Assembly (NCBI GenBank): GCA_040388865.1
Contig: JAZKBB010000008.1
Location: 21,663-85,662, forward strand
Reading direction: 5' to 3'
Length of the DNA stretch: 64,000 nt
Origin: Pseudomonadota bacterium
Lineage (GTDB): Bacteria > Pseudomonadota > Alphaproteobacteria > Sphingomonadales > Sphingomonadaceae
Shown here: positions 37,480-48,048 of the stretch, in pieces
Layout of the letters: each line of letters begins with the position of its first letter
Position numbering within the stretch: position 1 is the stretch's first letter
Notes under the pieces: model-generated
The model's database searches: none
Seen by the model: the letters and a program-made list of their open reading frames with translations, nothing else
What the model was told of the DNA's origin: nothing
Position numbers and translations under genes: made by a program

Positions 37480-38526
37480 ATGCTGGCGAAGATCAAGGAC
37501 TGGCTCGGCTTCGGAACGGACGCTTTCAATGGGCATGCGCGCAAGCACGGACATGACGGCCACGGCCATTCGCATGGCGACCACAGCGGCCATGGGCACG
37601 GCGCAGGTCACGGACATACGCACGGCGTCGTGAACCCGAGCATCGCGACCAGCGAGCGGGGCGTTTGGGCCGTCAAATGGTCATTCATCATTCTCGCGAT
37701 CACCGCTGCGCTGCAGTTCGTTGTCGTACTGCTGTCGGGGAGCGTGGCGTTGCTTGCGGACATGATTCACAATGTCGGTGACGCAACCACCGCCATTCCT
37801 TTGTGGGCAGCCTTCGTGCTCGCCCGGCGGAAGCCGTCAAAGACGTTCACCTACGGCCTTGGCCGCGTCGAGGATCTGGCCGGACTGATCGTCGTCCTCA
37901 TCATTCTCTTCAGCGCGATCGTCGCGGGCTATGAAGCGATCAGCCGCCTCATCCATCCGCAGCCGGTCATTCAGCTCGGCTGGCTCGCGGCAGCAGGCTT
38001 CGTCGGCTTTATCGGCAATGAGGCCGTCGCCCTGTTCCGCATCCGCGTCGGTCGCCAGATGAACAGTGCCGCCCTCATCGCCGATGGCTATCATGCGCGG
38101 ACCGACGGACTGACGAGCCTGGCCGTGGTTCTCGGCGCGTTCGGGGTGTGGATGGGCTTCCCGCTGGCCGACCCGATCATTGGCCTGCTGATCACCATCG
38201 CCATCTTCGGCATCGTCTGGCAGTCTGCGCGCGCCGTCGTCACACGCATGCTGGACGGGGTCGATCCCGATCTTGTCGACGAAGCGCGGCACGCGGCCGG
38301 TCACGTCATGGGGGTGAAGGCGGTCGATGACGTGAAAGCACGCTGGATCGGGCATGAGCTTGCGATCGATCTCGCGATAGCAGTGGATACGAGTTTGAGC
38401 GTGGCGAAAGCAGAAGAACTATCGGCGCGGGTGAAGCACGAGCTCGCCGACCATATTCCGGCGCTGTCCCGGATGACGGTCACCTTCGGCGGCGGGCACC
38501 AATCATGGCGTCAAGCCGCTCGATAG
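37480..38526 (+). CDS. Cation diffusion facilitator with His-rich N-terminus
   Basis: HGHDGHGHSHG tract, ALLADMIHNVGD, ADGYHARTD. Confidence 0.92.
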   Translation: MLAKIKDWLGFGTDAFNGHARKHGHDGHGHSHGDHSGHGHGAGHGHTHGVVNPSIATSERGVWAVKWSFIILAITAALQFVVVLLSGSVALLADMIHNVGDATTAIPLWAAFVLARRKPSKTFTYGLGRVEDLAGLIVVLIILFSAIVAGYEAISRLIHPQPVIQLGWLAAAGFVGFIGNEAVALFRIRVGRQMNSAALIADGYHARTDGLTSLAVVLGAFGVWMGFPLADPIIGLLITIAIFGIVWQSARAVVTRMLDGVDPDLVDEARHAAGHVMGVKAVDDVKARWIGHELAIDLAIAVDTSLSVAKAEELSARVKHELADHIPALSRMTVTFGGGHQSWRQAAR

Positions 38527-38551
38527 GGGGAGGATTGAGCGAACAGGCGCT

Positions 38552-38571
38552 ATTGCGAAGCATTCGCAGAT
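38552..38571 (+). promoter_or_regulatory. Fur-box-like palindrome
   Basis: ATTGCGAAGCATTCGCAGAT (TGCGAA-N3-TTCGCA) upstream of an FTR1 iron permease gene. Confidence 0.6.
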
Positions 38572-38607
38572 GATTTAGCGGTGAGCGCTTCTCCTGAAAG
38601 TTGATTT

Positions 38608-40533
38608 GTGCGCCGCGTCTTCCTCCTCATCCTCGTTGCCCTTCTACCGGTCGCGGCTCACGGTGCGACCCCGAAGGATGATGTCCAGACCGCCTGGCGG
38701 CTGCTCGACTATCTCGCGGTCGATTACGGCGGCGCCGTCAGGGACGGCCGGGTCATCAGCAAATCCGAATATGCCGAGATGCGCGAATTCTCTGCGACGG
38801 TGGAAGCCCAGCTGCGATCGCTTCCGGCAAAGTCCCAGAAGGCGGCGCTAGTCGGCAAGGCGCAGGGCCTCGAGCAGGCGATCGATGGGAAGGCAAGTCC
38901 GGACCGGGTCGCGGCGATCGCTCGCGGTCTCGGCGCAGACCTGCTGGCCGCCTATCCGGTCCCGCTTGCACCGCAGAGTGCACCCGACATCGGCCGGGGC
39001 GCGGCGCTCTACAGTTCGACATGCGCTGCCTGCCACGGTGCGGCCGGCGACGGACATGGTCTGAACGCCGCCAAGCTCAATCCGCCGCCGATCGCCTTTG
39101 CCGATCGCACCCGTGCAAGCCAGCGAAGCACCTTCGCTTTGTACCAGGTCATCTCACAGGGGATCGACGGGACTGCGATGCAGAGATTCGCGGACCTGCC
39201 GGCGCAGGACCGCTGGGCGCTGGCGTTCCGCGTCGGAACGTTTGCCTATCCGAAGGATCTCGCGGCTGAAGGCGAACGGCTGTGGAAATCCGATGCCACG
39301 CTTCGCCAGAAGATCCCTGATCTGAAGACGCTTGTATCGCTGACGCCGCAGGCGCTCGCAAAGGAGGTCGGGCAAGACAAGGCGGTCGCTGTCATCGCTT
39401 ACCTTCGCTCGTCCCCGCAGGCCGTCGAGGAGCCGAACGCCGGGTCTCTGACTGCCGCGCGGACGCGCCTTGCGGAGAGCGTGGCCGCCTATCGCGCAGG
39501 GGACCGCGATGGCGCCAAACGCCTCGCTTTATCGGCCTATCTCGACGGCTTCGAACCGGTCGAGCCATCCCTCTCGGCGAGGGATGCTTCGCTCATGCAC
39601 GAGATCGAAGGCGGCATGGGCGAGCTTCGGTCGCGAATAGCGCGCGGGGAGCCGGTGGAGCGTGTGCAGCAGCAGGCGCAACTTCTCGACGGCCTCTTTT
39701 CACGGGCGGAGTCAAGGCTCGGCGCCGGACCGGCCGATGCTGTTTCGACCTTTCTCAGCGCCCTGACGATCCTGCTCCGCGAGGGCATCGAGGCGCTGTT
39801 GATCGTCGTCGCCATGGCCGCATTCCTGCGCAGGAGCGAGCGCGAGGACGCGCTTCCCTACGTTCACGGCGGCTGGATCACCGCCCTTGTCGCCGGGGGG
39901 CTGACATGGTTCGCGGCGACCGAGTTTTTGTCCATCAGCGGCGCCAGCCGGGAACTGACGGAAGGGTTCGGCGGCATCATCGCCGCCGTCGTGCTGGTGT
40001 CGGTCGGTATCTGGATGCACGGCAAAGCGCAGGCTGGCGCCTGGCAGCGGTACATTCAGGACCGGATGAGCGGTGCACTGACCAAGCAATCCGCCTGGTT
40101 CGTGTTCGGCCTGGCCTTCATCGTCGTCTATCGGGAAGTGTTTGAGACCATCCTGTTCTATGTGGCGATGTGGACCGAAGGCTCGAAGGCGGCAGTCCTC
40201 TCGGGCGCCGGCGTCGGGGCAGCCGGTCTGGCGGTCATCGGCTGGACCATGCTGCGCTATTCGGTGAAGCTGCCGATCTCCCAATTCTTCCGTTACAGCT
40301 CGATCCTGATTGCGGTGCTTGCGGTGGTTCTTGCAGGGAAAGGCATCGCGGCGATCCAGGAAGCCGGCCTGCTTGGCGTGACTCCGCTGCCGGGTGTGCC
40401 GCAGATCGAGGTGGTCGGCCTGTTCCCGAGCGCTCAGGTCATTCTCGCGCAGCTGCTGGTGATCGTTGCGCTGGTCGCCGGCTTCTGGTGGAGCGGTCAT
40501 CGCGGCAATCGCCGCGATCCAGCCGGAGCTTGA
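38608..40533 (+). CDS. Cytochrome c / FTR1 iron permease (PbrT-like)
   Basis: LLDYLAVDYGGAV, CAACH heme motif, YLDGFEPVE, REGIE and REVFE motifs. Confidence 0.9.
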   Translation: MRRVFLLILVALLPVAAHGATPKDDVQTAWRLLDYLAVDYGGAVRDGRVISKSEYAEMREFSATVEAQLRSLPAKSQKAALVGKAQGLEQAIDGKASPDRVAAIARGLGADLLAAYPVPLAPQSAPDIGRGAALYSSTCAACHGAAGDGHGLNAAKLNPPPIAFADRTRASQRSTFALYQVISQGIDGTAMQRFADLPAQDRWALAFRVGTFAYPKDLAAEGERLWKSDATLRQKIPDLKTLVSLTPQALAKEVGQDKAVAVIAYLRSSPQAVEEPNAGSLTAARTRLAESVAAYRAGDRDGAKRLALSAYLDGFEPVEPSLSARDASLMHEIEGGMGELRSRIARGEPVERVQQQAQLLDGLFSRAESRLGAGPADAVSTFLSALTILLREGIEALLIVVAMAAFLRRSEREDALPYVHGGWITALVAGGLTWFAATEFLSISGASRELTEGFGGIIAAVVLVSVGIWMHGKAQAGAWQRYIQDRMSGALTKQSAWFVFGLAFIVVYREVFETILFYVAMWTEGSKAAVLSGAGVGAAGLAVIGWTMLRYSVKLPISQFFRYSSILIAVLAVVLAGKGIAAIQEAGLLGVTPLPGVPQIEVVGLFPSAQVILAQLLVIVALVAGFWWSGHRGNRRDPAGA

Positions 40534-40541
40534 TTCAACCA

Positions 40542-41414
40542 ATGAGTGGCCAGTGCACCAATGGCCTCGACACCGGCTTCGTCAGCCTGGGCTATGCCAA
40601 GGTGGGGGCTCTAGGGGTGGTGCAGGGGATCACGGAGCTGCTGCCGATTTCTTCGACGGCCCACATGCGGGTCGTTCCGGCGCTTCTGGGCTGGCGCGAT
40701 CCGGGATCGGCCTTTTCGGCGGCGATGCAGCTCGCGGCACTTGCCGCGGTCATCAGCTATTTCTGGGGTGACGTTCGGCAAATCGCCACCGGCTCCGTAT
40801 CGGCGCTGGTCAGGCGTCAATATCGCGACCGCGATCTTCAGCTCGCGCTCCGCGCGGTCGTCGCGACGGTGCCGATTGTGCTGGTCGGCGCTGCGCTCGC
40901 AAGCACCCTCAATCAATGCGGCTCGCCATTGCGCTCCCTGGCGGTCGTCGGCTGGGCCTGCCTTGGCCTGGCGCTGCTGATGGGCCTGGCAGAGCTCTTC
41001 GCCCGCCACCGCAGAGCGATGCAAGACTCCTCCATGGTGGATGCGATGGTGGTCGGCATCGCACAGGTCGGCGCCCTCATTCCTGGCGTGTCCAGGTCCG
41101 GATCGACGCTGACGGCGGCGCTGGCGCTCGGGTTCACGCGCGAGGAAGCCGCGCGCTTTTCATTCCTCCTTGGCATTCCGGCCATCGCGCTTGCTGGACT
41201 GCGGGAGCTGTGGGAGCTGCACAAGGTTCATCTGAGTCTGCACGGATGGTCTGTGCTGGCCGTCGGACTCCTCGTCGCTTCGATCAGCGCATTCGCAGCG
41301 ATCTGGGGGCTGATGCGCATTCTCGAACGATTCTCGGCGTGGCCCTTCGTTGTCTATCGCGCACTGTTGGGCATTCTCATTCTTGTGAGCATTGCGTCGG
41401 GCCACTTGGGCTGA
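40542..41414 (+). CDS. uppP: Undecaprenyl-diphosphate phosphatase (UppP/BacA)
   Basis: QGITELLPISSTAH, PGVSRSGST, AARFSFLL. Confidence 0.92.
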   Translation: MSGQCTNGLDTGFVSLGYAKVGALGVVQGITELLPISSTAHMRVVPALLGWRDPGSAFSAAMQLAALAAVISYFWGDVRQIATGSVSALVRRQYRDRDLQLALRAVVATVPIVLVGAALASTLNQCGSPLRSLAVVGWACLGLALLMGLAELFARHRRAMQDSSMVDAMVVGIAQVGALIPGVSRSGSTLTAALALGFTREEAARFSFLLGIPAIALAGLRELWELHKVHLSLHGWSVLAVGLLVASISAFAAIWGLMRILERFSAWPFVVYRALLGILILVSIASGHLG

Positions 41415-41502
41415 CGATTTGGCGGCAGACTCAAAGATATGGCTGATCAGCCGACGCGCGATCACGGAGGCGTTACACGCGAGAGCGATCGTTCAACCTC
41501 CC

Positions 41503-43290
41503 TCAATGCCTCAAATAGCGTTGCAGGCTCGCGCGCAGCTCGACCCGGAACTCGTCCGGCGGATTGCTGTCCGTCACGATCGCCGTCGGGCCGCGCAAGG
41601 AATTGTGCGCATATTCAACGTGCAGGCTCACCAGCTTGTTCGCGTAGGGCAGATTGTAGTTGAAGCCCACTCGCAGCGCCCGCTGACGTGCCCGGCCGGC
41701 GATCCGCTCCTGGCCGAGGCTCACCAGATCGTAGCGGAGGAACAGGTCGAGATCGCCGGTCTGGCGACTGTCGAACAGCGAGAATTGGGCCATTCCGTAG
41801 CCGCCGAAGACCTCGCTGTTCGAGCCTGAAAAGCTCGACCGAAGTGCTTCGGCTTCGATCGTGGTCGGTCGCCGCAGGAGCGGAAAAGTGTAAGCCGCGT
41901 CACCTTCGAACGTCAGCTTGGTGCCGGAGGTCGGCACCGCACCGAGCGGCTCCGCGCCGATCGCCGTCGCCAGCGTGAACTCCCTGTCGCCGATATGTCC
42001 GGTGCGATCGACGGCTGCACCGACCGTCAGCTTGCGCGTCTCGGTGCTGATCGGTGTGTAGATCAGCTTGCCCGACAGGGCATTCCCGATGTGGTACCGC
42101 GGGCGATCGGTGTTGAATGATCCACGGTTGTCGAGCGCAGCAAGCTGCAGCGTCAGTTTGTCGGAGAGTGCCTTCTGGAACTCGATTCCGAATTGCGTGC
42201 CGAAGCTACGCACGGACCCGTGCTCCTCAAGCACAAGCGAGCGGTTGATCGTCGGCAAATTGCCCGAGGAGAGATTGTCCTCCCGCGAGAGGATATGCGT
42301 GTTCTCTCCGATGAGGACCCGGAATTTGCCCGGATCATCGGGGTTCTGGAAAGCGAAGAACAGATTTTCGAAATCGTGATAGTTGAGCCTCCCGGCTGGT
42401 CCAGGATTTATTCCGAACGCATTCGTGTCGGTGAGATCGACTTCGTAGACGAACGCCGGCCGGATGGCGTCCGACACCCGCGGCAGATCGAACTCCATGC
42501 CTTGCCGGACGCGACGGAAATAGTCCGGGCCGTCAGGATCGATCACCCGCTCGGCATAGCCCCAGCTGTTCCGTCGGAAATCGCCGGCTTTGTAGATCAG
42601 CCCAGCGTCGGGATCGTAGCTCCAGCCCTCGGGCGTGTCCGCGCGAACCGGCCTCGCAGCCGCGCCGAACAGCAGGCCCACACCGGCAACGCTCCAGAAC
42701 CAGCGGCCGAGCCCCTTGCGTCGCGTCCGCTCCTTCTTCTGCCGCGAGCGATACATCTGAAGCCACACGAGAAAGCCAGTGAAGCTCATCAGCATGAGGC
42801 CCAGGCCCCAGCCAAGCCCGAGCACCTTGCCACCATCGCCGATGATCTCGCCGCTGTGCAGGCGAATGAAGAAGTCCTCCTCGTCGGACGCGACCGACGT
42901 GATCCTGCCGTCCGCCTCGACATCGACGCGCAGCGGGTCGCGACCGCCGAGGTGGAAGGTGAGATGCGGCGACGGCCCCTTGATTTGCCACTCAATCGAG
43001 TCGACCGGGCGATCGCCGAACCGCAGCAAAACCGCCTGGCGTGCGCGCTCCAGAGTCGTCGGAGCGAGTTGCAGCGGATGCATGAGCGACACCGGCGACC
43101 TGATCGCGGCCATCGCTTCCTTTTCCTGCTCCTCGGCGCCGAATAGCTGCTTGTATTGAAGGATGACCCCCGTCGCGGAGACGTAGAGAAAGAGGATCGC
43201 GGCCGCGAAACCGAGCCATCGGTGAATTTTCCGATTGTTCCAGAGGCTGGTCTTTCGCGGCGGCGGATCAGATGACATTGGAGGGGCCAT
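41503..43290 (-). CDS. PepSY-TM domain fused to a porin-like (OprO/P-like) beta-barrel
   Basis: IHRWLG...RLHSGEIIG PepSY-TM half, then a signal-like linker, then a region rich in amphipathic beta-strands (LSSGNLPTINRS, C-terminal FRVELRASLQRY). Confidence 0.65.
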   Translation of the reverse strand: MAPPMSSDPPPRKTSLWNNRKIHRWLGFAAAILFLYVSATGVILQYKQLFGAEEQEKEAMAAIRSPVSLMHPLQLAPTTLERARQAVLLRFGDRPVDSIEWQIKGPSPHLTFHLGGRDPLRVDVEADGRITSVASDEEDFFIRLHSGEIIGDGGKVLGLGWGLGLMLMSFTGFLVWLQMYRSRQKKERTRRKGLGRWFWSVAGVGLLFGAAARPVRADTPEGWSYDPDAGLIYKAGDFRRNSWGYAERVIDPDGPDYFRRVRQGMEFDLPRVSDAIRPAFVYEVDLTDTNAFGINPGPAGRLNYHDFENLFFAFQNPDDPGKFRVLIGENTHILSREDNLSSGNLPTINRSLVLEEHGSVRSFGTQFGIEFQKALSDKLTLQLAALDNRGSFNTDRPRYHIGNALSGKLIYTPISTETRKLTVGAAVDRTGHIGDREFTLATAIGAEPLGAVPTSGTKLTFEGDAAYTFPLLRRPTTIEAEALRSSFSGSNSEVFGGYGMAQFSLFDSRQTGDLDLFLRYDLVSLGQERIAGRARQRALRVGFNYNLPYANKLVSLHVEYAHNSLRGPTAIVTDSNPPDEFRVELRASLQRYLRH

Positions 43291-43298
43291 GGTCTGCG

Positions 43299-43353
43299 TG
43301 TAACAGGTGTTTCCAGCTACCGGCGCAGTGAGACTGGTGCAACAGGTGTTTCA
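43299..43353. promoter_or_regulatory. Duplicated operator-like motif between PepSY-porin and chrB
   Basis: AACAGGTGTTTC at 43302 and 43341, each inside an imperfect palindrome TGYAACAGGTGTTTC. Confidence 0.65.
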
Positions 43354-43917
43354 TTGATGAGTTCCGCGAAGCGCCATCGCTGGCTGCTGTTTCTCTCCCA
43401 AGTTCCGGGTGCGAGTTCGACGGCACGTGTCACTTTGTGGCGGCACTTGCGGGCGAGCGGCGCCATCAGCCCTACACAGGGTGCGTGGGTCCTCCCCGCC
43501 GGGGAGCGGCAGAGGCGCGCATTTGGCGAGATCGCCCGCGTAGCTCGCGAACAGGGTGGGTCCGCAGCCGTGTTCGATGCGGCGGCGATCGAGGGCGTCA
43601 GTGATGATGAGCTGATCGAGCGTTTTCGGGCCGAGCGGGGACGGGAGTATACCGAGTTCCACACGAAGGCTGACGACTTCTTGGCGGAAATCGCCAAAGA
43701 GACGAGGGCCGGGAAGTTCATGTTCGCGGAGCTGGAGGAGATCGAGGACGACCTACTGAAGCTCACGGCCTGGTTGGCGAAGATTCGCGACCGAGACTTC
43801 TTTCCGCACGATGATCTGACGAAGGCCGAGGATCACCTGCGACGGTGCGAACTTGAGCATCAGCGCTTTGCCGCGCAAGTCTATGAGCATGAAAAGTTGA
43901 ACGATCCGAACTCCTGA
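43354..43917 (+). CDS. ChrB N-terminal-domain regulator
   Basis: WLLFLSQVP..SSTARVTLWRHLRASGA, ERFRAER.REY.EF, W..KI..RDFF. Confidence 0.82.
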   Translation: MMSSAKRHRWLLFLSQVPGASSTARVTLWRHLRASGAISPTQGAWVLPAGERQRRAFGEIARVAREQGGSAAVFDAAAIEGVSDDELIERFRAERGREYTEFHTKADDFLAEIAKETRAGKFMFAELEEIEDDLLKLTAWLAKIRDRDFFPHDDLTKAEDHLRRCELEHQRFAAQVYEHEKLNDPNS

Positions 43918-43919
43918 CC

Positions 43920-44014
43920 GCCGGCCAACGCCCCGCGAGACCACTCAGCATGAAGCGGAGCACGCTTCCCAGCGCGCCAACAAGGGCGACCCAAAGATAT
44001 ACGAGTGGCGTCAA
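43920..44014 (-). pseudogene. crcB: Truncated crcB/Fluc fluoride channel (first TM only)
   Basis: MTPLVYLWVALVGALGSVLRFMLSG matches Fluc TM1 (GGALG..LRY). SD GGAAGGAG. Similarity ends at the 3' end of the convergent chrB. A fluoride riboswitch lies upstream. Confidence 0.75.
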
Positions 44015-44077
44015 TTCTTCGGCTCCTTCCAGTCGGCGGAAGGAGGGCGGATACGTCCTACCTTCGCCGAAGACGAC

Positions 44078-44133
44078 GAACGGTAGGAGCCATTAGCCTT
44101 TGCGGCGGTTGTCGGGGGACTTCATCCCCATCG
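44078..44133 (-). ncRNA. Fluoride (crcB) riboswitch
   Basis: Minus strand GGGGATGAAGTCCCCCGACAACCGCCGCAAAGGCTAATGGCTCCTAC fits the GGNGAUG..GU.C.CC / AACCGC / GCURAUGRC..CUR consensus. Confidence 0.88.
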
Positions 44134-44442
44134 ACGCCAACCCTAGTCGGTAACTAAGCTCAAGAAAAGCGCTCCGTCCGGACTTACGCAGTAACCAGGT
44201 GAATTTCATCTGAGCGCATAGAATCCAGAAATGCCTCACGAGCAAATAGGCGATCACGAGACCGCTGTTGCCTCCCTCCGCTCGTCCGGCGGATCTTCGC
44301 CAACGCGGCGACGACGACGCCTGCAAAGCGGCCTTGATCACGAGTAGAGCGTGGTTCCAAGTGGCAGCTGCGGTCTCCTCGATCAACGGTTCGCGGTCGC
44401 TCCAGGCATTTTGCGTCGCTCGCAATTGTCCAGGGTTCGCTG

Positions 44443-44473
44443 TTGACCCTGACACGGTGTCAAGGTCCATGTG
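44443..44473 (+). promoter_or_regulatory. CueR (MerR-type) promoter/operator
   Basis: TTGACC followed by the dyad GACCCTGACAC-G-GTGTCAAGGTC just upstream of the copA ATG (44481). Confidence 0.8.
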
Positions 44474-44480
44474 TGCGCCC

Positions 44481-46864
<2,384 letters not shown>

Positions 46865-46868
<4 letters not shown>

Positions 46869-47311
46869 AGATCGGCGAAGCGGCTTCAGCCTCCGGCATC
46901 AGCGAGCGGATGATCCGCCATTATGAGAAGATCCGGCTGATCGCCCCGGCGGCCCGGCGCGATTCAGGCTACCGCGACTATGATCAGCGTGACGTCCACA
47001 CGCTCAAGTTCATCGGCCGAGCACGCGATCTTGGCTTTCCGCTCGAGGAGATCCGCACATTGCTGGCGCTGTGGAACGACCGGGAGCGATCGAGTTCGGA
47101 TGTGAAAGCCCTCGCGCTGGCGCGCGCCGCCGAACTCAGGCGCAAGGAGCGCGAGCTTCATGAAATGCGCCGCTCGCTCGAGCGGCTCGCCGCGAGCTGT
47201 CACGGCGACGACCGGCCCGACTGCCCGATCATCGAGGAGCTGGGATCGCCACAATCCAAAGCGGACTGGGAACCGGCGCTGTCCGCGCCGGTTGAAGGCC
47301 GCGGTCGATGA
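46865..47311 (+). CDS. cueR: Cu(I)-responsive MerR regulator
   Basis: MKIGEAA...[18 protein letters not shown]. Confidence 0.95.
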
Positions 47312-47661
47312 GCGCATATGCAATCCCGGTGAGCATTCGGAAGCTCTTTGGCATCCTGGTTGCGCTTGCGGTGCTGTTAGCCCCCGCGGCAACAAGTGCA
47401 GCAATGGCGTTCGCGCCGGCGTCACATCAGATGGCGATGATGGAAGGCGGCCACTGCGACATGCCGATGCCGGGCAAGTCCGACCACGACAAGATGGGCG
47501 GGAAGAGCTGCTGCATCGCGATGTGCATGGCGGTGGCGATTGCCCCGTCTGCCCCGCGAACCGAGCAGCCGGTGACCCATATCGATGCGAGCTTCCCCGC
47601 GCCGAAATCCTATCACGGCCTGTTGAGCGAAATCGCCACCCCCCCACCGCGACTCGCGTGA
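47308..47661 (+). CDS. CopL/DUF2946-like Cys-rich leader ORF (copy 3)
   Basis: Signal peptide, HCDM, SCCIAMC, C-terminal EIATPPPRLA. Alternative GTG start at 47329. Confidence 0.75.
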   Translation: MSAYAIPVSIRKLFGILVALAVLLAPAATSAAMAFAPASHQMAMMEGGHCDMPMPGKSDHDKMGGKSCCIAMCMAVAIAPSAPRTEQPVTHIDASFPAPKSYHGLLSEIATPPPRLA

Positions 47662-47692
47662 AATCGAACTCAATTCACTCGATTTCACGGAG
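47657..47692 (+). promoter_or_regulatory. Hairpin linking leader-ORF stop codon to next SD
   Basis: Perfect 11-bp stem CGTGAAATCGA / TCGATTTCACG. The 5' arm contains the TGA stop; the 3' arm ends on the first G of GGAG (47689-47692). Confidence 0.75.
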
Positions 47693-47698
47693 ACTGAC

Positions 47699-47986
47699 AT
47701 GAAGACCAAATTGTTCGCGATCGCGTTTGCGGTCGCACTTCCCGCGGCCGCGCAGGCTGCGGCGCCCACCAACCATGCCGATCATGCTTCGGCTGCAACC
47801 AGCGACCATTCCAAGTGCATGGCGATGGACCACAGCAAGATGAACATGTCCGGCATGGACATGAAGGGCATGGACATGAAGGGCATGAGCATGTCCGGCA
47901 TGGACATGAAGGGCATGGCGCATTGCGGCGCCAAGACCGCCAATGGTGCGGACAAGGCCCAGCCGAGCCCAGCGCAAAAGCGCTGA
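47699..47986 (+). CDS. Small periplasmic Met/His-rich protein
   Basis: Signal peptide, DHSKC..MDHSKM, GMDMK repeats. Confidence 0.8.
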   Translation: MKTKLFAIAFAVALPAAAQAAAPTNHADHASAATSDHSKCMAMDHSKMNMSGMDMKGMDMKGMSMSGMDMKGMAHCGAKTANGADKAQPSPAQKR

Positions 47987-48048
47987 ACGAAGCCGGAGGC
48001 GCGGCCTTGCCGTCGCGCCTCCAACCTTCACTCCATGTTCCGGACCCA

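Noticed and set aside
44220-44400. Possible relic of a membrane transporter (CLC-like) upstream of the fluoride riboswitch
   Set aside because: Only short hydrophobic stretches in shifting frames; needs tBLASTn.
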